Source: Bacteroidota bacterium (GTDB taxonomy: Bacteria > Bacteroidota > Bacteroidia > Flavobacteriales > Weeksellaceae). From it: a DNA stretch of 64,000 nt. The translations under genes and the position numbers were made by a program. Location of the stretch: contig JAEYOX010000020.1 in NCBI GenBank assembly GCA_023411265.1, positions 4,162-68,161 on the forward strand, given 5' to 3'. Positions 58,072-64,000 of the stretch are shown here, one piece after another. Below the pieces are notes generated by a model. That model was not told the origin of the DNA, did no database searches, and worked only from the letters and a program-made list of their open reading frames with translations. Position 1 is the first letter of the stretch. Each line of letters opens with the position of its first letter.

Positions 58072-58476
58072 TTATTTCAGTCTTTCCAAAACTCCTTTTC
58101 TCTTGATGAGATTTTTATAATCCCATTGAATATCCCTTGATTTTTCAAGCCATCGTTGCAGGTCATCGGTATTAATTTCTTCAGGAGAAAGGTAAAAAAC
58201 CGAGGCATCTTTAAATTTCTTTCCGAGCACACTCAACACGGGTTCATCAAAACCGGCTCCACTCCAGAACATTAGACGGATTCCTTCTTTTTGTTTACTG
58301 TATCCTGCAATTGGATTGCCATCGATAAACCAAACGGGATGCCGATGCCAGATTTTATTTTCAGCATCGGGCAAATGCCGGGTGATCTCTTCAGCCAATA
58401 AATCACAGATGGCTTTCTCTTCGCCGGATTTTTTCTGGTTATAATCCAGAATGTCTTTAGAAATAACAGGATTCAT
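58072..58476 (-). CDS. DUF1801 domain-containing protein
   Basis: 134 aa. The pattern (KIWHRHPVWFIDGNPIAGYS...RLMFWSG) is typical of the YdhG/DUF1801 fold. Confidence 0.7.
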   Translation of the reverse strand: MNPVISKDILDYNQKKSGEEKAICDLLAEEITRHLPDAENKIWHRHPVWFIDGNPIAGYSKQKEGIRLMFWSGAGFDEPVLSVLGKKFKDASVFYLSPEEINTDDLQRWLEKSRDIQWDYKNLIKRKGVLERLK

Positions 58477-58627
58477 ATATTAATTTTTTTTTGATTTAAA
58501 ACTTCATCCAGTCGGCTCATATCAAAATGATTCGCTAGGATATCGGGAGTCATCGACTGCAAAGCAATAAGCGCAAGCTGGCACGCCTGGCAGGATCAGT
58601 AATTCCCTGAGATACATCTCCTTTCAT
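58473..58627 (-). pseudogene. Decayed ArsR/SmtB-family HTH regulator remnant
   Basis: Two short overlapping frames read MKGDVSQGITDPARRASLRLLLCSR* and ...LALIALQSMTPDILANHFDMSRLDEVLN.... Together they mimic the ArsR pattern DPxRRxILxxL...MTxxELAxxFDMS. The recognition helix and wing are absent. The second frame ends in an ATGA overlap with the DUF1801 start. Confidence 0.4.
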
Positions 58628-58720
58628 TATTTATAATCTAGTTTAGCAGCATTCGAGTTGTGAATATAAGCGTAACTTATCCGTTTCGCAATAGTATTTT
58701 TGTTTTTTAAATATTCCAAG

Positions 58721-58749
58721 AAAAAAAGTGCAGCCCACACAGCTGCACT
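58721..58749 (-). terminator. Rho-independent terminator downstream of mdh
   Basis: The stem is AGTGCAGC/GCTGCACT with loop CCACACA. On the minus strand it is followed by T7. Confidence 0.7.
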
Positions 58750-58834
58750 TTATAAAAATATTTATCGCATTTGTAAGTTATTAACAGGTCGCCGCTCCGC
58801 CGCTCCCTATTGGTTTCCGAATTCTAAAAGTTAG

Positions 58835-59761
58835 TTAGAACTTCAGATCGCCATTTACTTCTCTCACCGCCTTCGCAGCAGTGGCAAATTTTTCTTTTTC
58901 AGCATCTGTTAGCGTGATTTCCACGATTTCCTCAACACCGTTTCTTCCGATAATGGCAGGAACGCCGAGGCAAATATCTTGCTGTCCGTACTCACCATCC
59001 AACATTAAAGAACAGGGGATCATCTTTTTATGGTCGCAAAGAATAGCATGAACCATCACAGATACAGCCGCTCCCGGAGCGTACCAAGCTGAGGTTCCCA
59101 AAAGTTTGGTAAGGGTTGCCCCTCCTACTTTGGTTTCTTCAATAACGTAATTTTGTTTTTCTTCATTCAGAAATTCGGTAACCGGAACGCCATTTCTGGT
59201 TGCTTTACTCAGTAGTGGGAGCATTCCTGTATCACTGTGGGCAGCGATCACCATTCCATCTACATCAGAAATCGGCGCTTTCAGTGCTTCCGCCAATCTG
59301 TATTTGAATCTTGCACTATCCAGAGCACCTCCCATTCCGATAATTCTGTGTTTTGGAAGTCCGGAGGTTTTATGAACCAAATAAGCCATGGTATCCATCG
59401 GATTCGACACTACAATGATGATGACATTTGGCGAATGCTGTACCAGATTGGCAGTAACTTCTTTTACTATACCTGCATTGATTCCGATAAGTTCTTCTCT
59501 TGTCATTCCCGGTTTCCGTGGAATTCCGGAAGTGATAACGGCTACTTCTGAACCTGCTGTTTTGGAATAATCTCCTGTGGTTCCGGTAATTTGGGTATCA
59601 AACCCGTTCAGCGAAGCGGTTTGCATCAGATCCATGGCCTTTCCTTCGGCAAAACCTTCTTTGATGTCAACCAACACTACTTCTGAACAGAAGTTTTTCA
59701 TTGCAATATATTCAGCACAACTGGCTCCTACTGCACCTGCTCCTACTACGGTAACTTTCAT
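58835..59761 (-). CDS. mdh: Malate dehydrogenase (LDH-like MDH)
   Basis: It has MKVTVVGAGAVGAS, the substrate loop GIPRKPGMTREEL, and IGMGGALDSARF. Confidence 0.95.
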   Translation of the reverse strand: MKVTVVGAGAVGASCAEYIAMKNFCSEVVLVDIKEGFAEGKAMDLMQTASLNGFDTQITGTTGDYSKTAGSEVAVITSGIPRKPGMTREELIGINAGIVKEVTANLVQHSPNVIIIVVSNPMDTMAYLVHKTSGLPKHRIIGMGGALDSARFKYRLAEALKAPISDVDGMVIAAHSDTGMLPLLSKATRNGVPVTEFLNEEKQNYVIEETKVGGATLTKLLGTSAWYAPGAAVSVMVHAILCDHKKMIPCSLMLDGEYGQQDICLGVPAIIGRNGVEEIVEITLTDAEKEKFATAAKAVREVNGDLKF

Positions 59762-59896
59762 ATTTTTTATATTTTAATATTGTTTTCAGCACATCCTCTG
59801 TACAAGAGGCAGCCTGTAATTCAGGCATCCAAATTTACAAATTATTGAAAGCCTGACCAAGAGATGGCTACAGGTTTTCTTCTGGGATAAATGTTA

Positions 59897-60910
59897 TTAT
59901 TTTTCTTCTTCAAAATACAGTCGGTAATATTTCCCTTTTTCGTCTTGCCCGGTCTCTATTTTCTGCCTATCACCATGTACATAAATGTGGAAATTTTTAT
60001 CCAGTTTGATAACACTTTTGAAATACCGGGAATTCTTTTTCACCGCGGTTGCATTGATGAGAAATTCCTCTGCAATGGAAACCTGCATATCCTGTTCATA
60101 ATCCGTTTTAAAATTCACAAAACTTTCAATCACATTTTCATCCTGCAGCACTTCTTTAGAAAATTCCTGCAAATCGAATTGTTCTTTTTCTTTAAAAAAA
60201 GTGATGGATTTATTTAAAAAATCCGCCTGATCTGCTTTTGACACTTCAAATTCCTGCGGAAGCTTCTGGGTAATAAAATCCTTGTACACGGCAAGGGTTT
60301 CGCCGGTATGAAAATAATCGTCTTTGCGGGGCTGTACTTTGAGGAAATCCTCAAACCAGTAATATTCGTCACCATTTTTATTTTGATCAATCACCGAAAC
60401 TGCATATCCGGTTTCCTTGGAATTATTATAAATAATGCAGCCTTTATCCAGCTTCGACAGCCCGATACCCCAGTCGTTCTTAAGATCAAAACTTTCTTCT
60501 TCTCCATTTATTTTAAGGAAAGGAAGTTTATTTTCAGTTTTAAAAATGCCGATTTGATCAATTCTGCCTTCTTCGGTTTCTTCTCCTGCAAAATAGCAAA
60601 GGAACATTTCACCGCCCTGAATTCTGGGGTTTTCCGCAACTTCATACAGATGTTTTGCGATGGCTTTGCTTTCTTCAATAAAATTTGATTTATCATCAAA
60701 AATTTCAGAAACCGCATGATAAACGGGATTATTAACGAGATAAGAATCGCTGTAAAACTGAAACTGCTCTTCTGATTTGAATGATTTCAGAAAGAAATCC
60801 GAAAGCAGTTCTTTCATTTCATCTTCCAGTTGAAGAACATTTTGCGAGAGATGAAGATTTTCTTGGCGTACTTTATTTCCGACCCGGTGTACAATAATAT
60901 CCGTGAACAT
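59897..60910 (-). CDS. Nucleoid-associated protein, NdpA/YejK-like
   Basis: 337 aa. The N-terminus IIVHRVGNK, followed by GGEMFLCYF and the overall pattern, resembles the NdpA family. Confidence 0.7.
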   Translation of the reverse strand: MFTDIIVHRVGNKVRQENLHLSQNVLQLEDEMKELLSDFFLKSFKSEEQFQFYSDSYLVNNPVYHAVSEIFDDKSNFIEESKAIAKHLYEVAENPRIQGGEMFLCYFAGEETEEGRIDQIGIFKTENKLPFLKINGEEESFDLKNDWGIGLSKLDKGCIIYNNSKETGYAVSVIDQNKNGDEYYWFEDFLKVQPRKDDYFHTGETLAVYKDFITQKLPQEFEVSKADQADFLNKSITFFKEKEQFDLQEFSKEVLQDENVIESFVNFKTDYEQDMQVSIAEEFLINATAVKKNSRYFKSVIKLDKNFHIYVHGDRQKIETGQDEKGKYYRLYFEEEK

Positions 60911-60998
60911 AAGTGAAAATTTATCGGCTGCAAAAATACCTTTTTATCTTCACAATAATTTGCGGGAGAACTTTGATAATCGTTTAAATAGTATTGAT

Positions 60999-61139
60999 TT
61001 ATTTCACGAATGATTGCCATTCTATGCGCTGATGCAAATTCAGAATAGTATAAATGACTTTCAGGTGATATTTCACAGTATTTTCTGAAATGAAGAGAAT
61101 TTCGGCAATTTCTCTGATGTTTTGTGCACCATGTCTTTT
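60999..61139 (-). pseudogene. LuxR/GerE-type HTH remnant (no start codon, bounded by stops)
   Basis: A minus-strand frame reads KRHGAQNIREIAEILFISENTVKYHLKVIYTILNLHQRIEWQSFVK*. It matches the GerE helix-turn-helix pattern (NKEIAxxLFISxxTVKxHxxxI). It is preceded by an in-frame TAG, and the upstream frames are broken. Confidence 0.45.
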
Positions 61140-61440
61140 CTACTGCTTTTCATCCTTCCTGCAGAGCAAGATCCAGATTATAAAAGTGAGCTTTTAACCG
61201 GTAGGGAGAATTTATTCACTAATATATTCCATTATTTTTCGTGGTAGACTCCGTTTATAATCCAACCGATCGAATCTCTTAAGTTGGTAAAATGCGGCGT
61301 TTTTTTAACAATTGCCAAAAAGAGCACTTGTGCATAGTCTTTTATTTACTAACCCACGAATATCATTGTAATATTATAATTAAAAATAGAATTCATTGCC
61401 AATAGTAAAATAATCAGTACCTTTGACCCAAACACAAGTG

Positions 61441-62577
61441 ATGGATACTATAAAATTCTATTTATATTATCTCGACTCCATTTTTATCGGTTACCCCTTA
61501 GTCATCAGAATGACGGTCAGCCTTATCATGCTCCTGATAAGTTTGTATGTTATTGCAATGGTGAGAATTGTAATAACCGTTAGAAGGCGAAAACGAGATA
61601 ATGCAAGATGCGAAAACATCCGCGAACGATATGAAGAGAAACTCCAAACTGTTTTGCTTACTGAGCAAAAAATGAGTTTTTATGAAGTGAAAGACCTACT
61701 CGATCCGAATAACACTGTTTTTAAAAACTGGGAAAAAAGGTATATCACAGATCTGATTATTCAACTAAAAGAAAAACCATCTTTTAATGATCATAATTAT
61801 ACCCATTTATTAGAAATCTTTTCTCTTCAAGAATTTTGGGAAAAGAAACTTCAGAAAGACAATTTAAGTGAAAGTAAAAATGCACTACGGATATTGGATC
61901 AGATCAGAGAAGGGATTTCTGGAAGTTTATTTTCAAAGAAAATCAATTCTAATGAGGCTACGCTCCGCAAACATATAAAAAGCGAGCATTTAAAATATGC
62001 TTCCAATGATGCTTTCAAATTTCTAGAAAATAATTTTGACAAAGATTTCAATGCATTAGATGCGGTGAGATTACATGATTCCCTGAAAGAAAGAAATTCT
62101 GTCCGCCCGCTACCACTGCTCACCAAGTGGCTCAAGAACTCCAACAAAGAGTCTTTCCAGAGTTTTATAATTAAGGAAATCGGATATTTTGAACAGAAAA
62201 CGGCGGCACCTTATTTATTGGAATTTTTCAAAACTACAGACAGCGGATCGGTGAAGGCTGAAATTGCACATACCTTAGGTGTACTCAAATATGAAGAAGC
62301 AATCCCAATAATGGCAGAAGAATATTCGTACAACCCGACGGTGGTACAGGAAGCCATCATCGATATGATGGGAGAACTGCGCACCAAAGAAGCCTTCGAT
62401 TTTCTTAAGGAAATCTACCCTCAGACGCAGAATAATGAGACAGTGATTAAGATCATAAAAAATCTGTATAAAATTGATAAACGAAAAACCACTGTATTTA
62501 TACAGAAATCTACACCAACCTCCTTTGAGAAGGAAACGCTTGCTTATATCAAACGTAATGCAGTAACTTCACATTAA
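61441..62577 (+). CDS. Membrane-anchored HEAT-repeat protein
   Basis: It has two N-terminal TM helices followed by a helical repeat region (YEEAIPIMAEEY...VVQEAIIDMMGELRTKEAFDFLKEIY). A TAccTTTG box lies just upstream. I trimmed the start to the ATG at 61441. Confidence 0.6.
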   Translation: MDTIKFYLYYLDSIFIGYPLVIRMTVSLIMLLISLYVIAMVRIVITVRRRKRDNARCENIRERYEEKLQTVLLTEQKMSFYEVKDLLDPNNTVFKNWEKRYITDLIIQLKEKPSFNDHNYTHLLEIFSLQEFWEKKLQKDNLSESKNALRILDQIREGISGSLFSKKINSNEATLRKHIKSEHLKYASNDAFKFLENNFDKDFNALDAVRLHDSLKERNSVRPLPLLTKWLKNSNKESFQSFIIKEIGYFEQKTAAPYLLEFFKTTDSGSVKAEIAHTLGVLKYEEAIPIMAEEYSYNPTVVQEAIIDMMGELRTKEAFDFLKEIYPQTQNNETVIKIIKNLYKIDKRKTTVFIQKSTPTSFEKETLAYIKRNAVTSH

Positions 62578-62588
62578 GATAGAAACAC

Positions 62589-64000
62589 ATGGAACAAATC
62601 CTGTATTTTTATCAATATACAATCTATTTTTATAGTATTGCAATCACTCTTTTTTATTTATTTTTAATGGTCTGTTCTTATTTTATGATTGAGAAGAAAA
62701 AGATCAAATACACCCACGTAGAAAGAGAACTGTTGGTAAGTTTACCAGAATATGCGCCTTACATTTCCATCATTGCTCCGGCCTTCAACGAGGAAGTTAT
62801 TATTATCGACAATGTAAAATCATTTCTAAATCTTGATTATCCCAATTATGAGGTGATCATTATAAATGACGGTAGCAAAGACAAAACACTGGATCTTCTG
62901 ATAGAACATTTTGATCTGGAAGAAGTCGCATTTCCTTATATCGAAAAAGTACGCTGCCGTCCTGTAAAACGGATTTTTAAATCCACGAGGACTGAGTTTC
63001 AGAAACTCATGGTGGTGGATAAAATCAACGGGGGTACCAAAGCTGATGCGATGAATGCAGGGGTAAATGTGGCCAACTACGATTATTTTATTAATACAGA
63101 TGTAGATTGTCTTTTAGCCCCAGATACGCTCACGAAAGTAATTCTTCCAGTACTAGATTCCAAAACAGAAGTTATTGCTGTAGGTGCCACCATGCGTATG
63201 TCGAATGGCTGCGAGGTGGATCACGGTGTAATCACGAGAGTAAGACCACCCAAAGGAATTATCCCTACTTTCCAGGAAACAGAATACTTGCGTTCTTATC
63301 TTTTAGCAAAAATGGGATGGTCCATGTTCAATCTTATTCCTAATGTTTCGGGAGGTTTTGGACTTTTCAGCAGAAGTATCGTTATTGAAGCCGGTGGTTT
63401 TGATCCGCTTTCTCATGCCGAGGATATGGACATGACAATGCGCATGGTAGCTTATATGCGGGAAAATGGCCGGAAATACAGAATTGTGCAGATTCCAGAT
63501 ACGTGTTGCTGGACGGAAGGCCCTCCTACTCTTAAAGTTTTGAACCGACAGCGAACCCGGTGGGGACGAGGACTTCTTCAGATTTTTGTGGTACACCGTA
63601 AATTTCTTTTTAACAGAAAATACGGAAGAATGGGCCTTGTTATTTTGCCATATGCTTTGATCTTCGAATTTCTAGCACCCATCATTGAGCTTACCGGATT
63701 AGTGACTTTTATCTATCTGCTTTTTACCAGTCAGATTAATTTTAATACTTTTTGGCTTATGCTTCTCTTTGTATATCTCATTGGAATTACTATGTCACTG
63801 ATGACTATTTCCTATGACATTAGAGTTAAAAGACAATATAAAACCTACCCGGAATACCTGCGCTTAATCTTATTTTCATCCGTAGAAGCGTTTGTATATC
63901 ATCCATTCGTTGTGCTTTTCAGTTTGAAAGGATATTGGCAGTTTCTCACTCAGAAAAATTTTAGTTGGGGTTCCATGACACGACAGGGATTCTCTAAACA
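62589..64000 (+). CDS. Family-2 processive glycosyltransferase, PgaC/IcaA-like (3' end outside window)
   Basis: This ORF is not in the track because it has no stop in the window. My hand translation from the ATG at 62589 starts with an N-terminal TM segment. It then shows IIAPAFNEE, INDGSKD, the DxD motif NTDVDC, a catalytic ED and QRTRW (QxxRW), followed by C-terminal TM helices. Confidence 0.8.
   Translation, partial: MEQILYFYQYTIYFYSIAITLFYLFLMVCSYFMIEKKKIKYTHVERELLVSLPEYAPYISIIAPAFNEEVIIIDNVKSFLNLDYPNYEVIIINDGSKDKTLDLLIEHFDLEEVAFPYIEKVRCRPVKRIFKSTRTEFQKLMVVDKINGGTKADAMNAGVNVANYDYFINTDVDCLLAPDTLTKVILPVLDSKTEVIAVGATMRMSNGCEVDHGVITRVRPPKGIIPTFQETEYLRSYLLAKMGWSMFNLIPNVSGGFGLFSRSIVIEAGGFDPLSHAEDMDMTMRMVAYMRENGRKYRIVQIPDTCCWTEGPPTLKVLNRQRTRWGRGLLQIFVVHRKFLFNRKYGRMGLVILPYALIFEFLAPIIELTGLVTFIYLLFTSQINFNTFWLMLLFVYLIGITMSLMTISYDIRVKRQYKTYPEYLRLILFSSVEAFVYHPFVVLFSLKGYWQFLTQKNFSWGSMTRQGFSK

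Noticed and set aside
63107-63596. Track ORFs 63107..63343+ and 63303..63596-.
   Set aside because: Both lie inside the hand-translated GT2 synthase frame, which carries DxD, ED and QRTRW motifs, so they are shadow frames.
1-64000. Search for CRISPR arrays, IS elements, integrases, recombinases, phage structural genes and known defence-system ATPases or nucleases.
   Set aside because: I saw no regularly spaced direct repeats and no transposase, integrase or recombinase motifs in any listed ORF. The accessory patches therefore cannot be called mobile elements on this evidence.

Overview
The window looks like a chromosomal segment of a Bacteroidota genome, probably Flavobacteriales and Chryseobacterium/Weeksellaceae-like. 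Three things point there. A type IX secretion C-terminal sorting domain is present. The Bacteroidetes -7 promoter element TAnnTTTG recurs just upstream of many start codons. The rpmB-rpmG-DUF4295 operon is in its usual arrangement. About 85% of the window is densely packed housekeeping: upp, queD, lpxH, tig, fmt, recQ, folK, sppA, ftsY, lnt, aroC, der, murA, mdh, catalase, an ABC-F ATPase, MFS pumps and OmpA. Strong hairpin terminators sit between convergent genes. I saw no CRISPR array, integrase, transposase, rRNA or recognisable known defence system.

The non-core patches are:
1. A tRNA-Ser-adjacent pair at 28.3-30.5 kb. One gene encodes a Cys4/winged-helix protein with an unassignable N-terminal domain. 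The other encodes an ADP-ribosylglycohydrolase-like protein whose C-terminal metal-binding motif is degenerate. This is my best candidate for something undescribed, but the evidence is thin.
2. A truncated tRNA-Ser-like pseudo-tRNA fused in front of the intact tRNA-Ser(UGA).
3. An AT-rich islet of four small secreted, lipoprotein or RDD genes at 9.4-11.9 kb, next to a 1085-aa T9SS surface protein.
4. A His/Cys-rich small protein, a TonB-dependent receptor and a His-rich lipoprotein at 19.5-23.0 kb, which looks like a metal-uptake locus.
5. Two decayed regulator genes, one ArsR-like and one LuxR-like. The LuxR-like remnant lies between a NdpA-like gene and a membrane-HEAT-repeat plus PgaC-like GT2 synthase operon that runs off the window end.

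Coordinates of short motifs were counted by eye and may be off by 1-2 nt. CDS ends follow the supplied ORF track, with several starts trimmed to internal ATGs.
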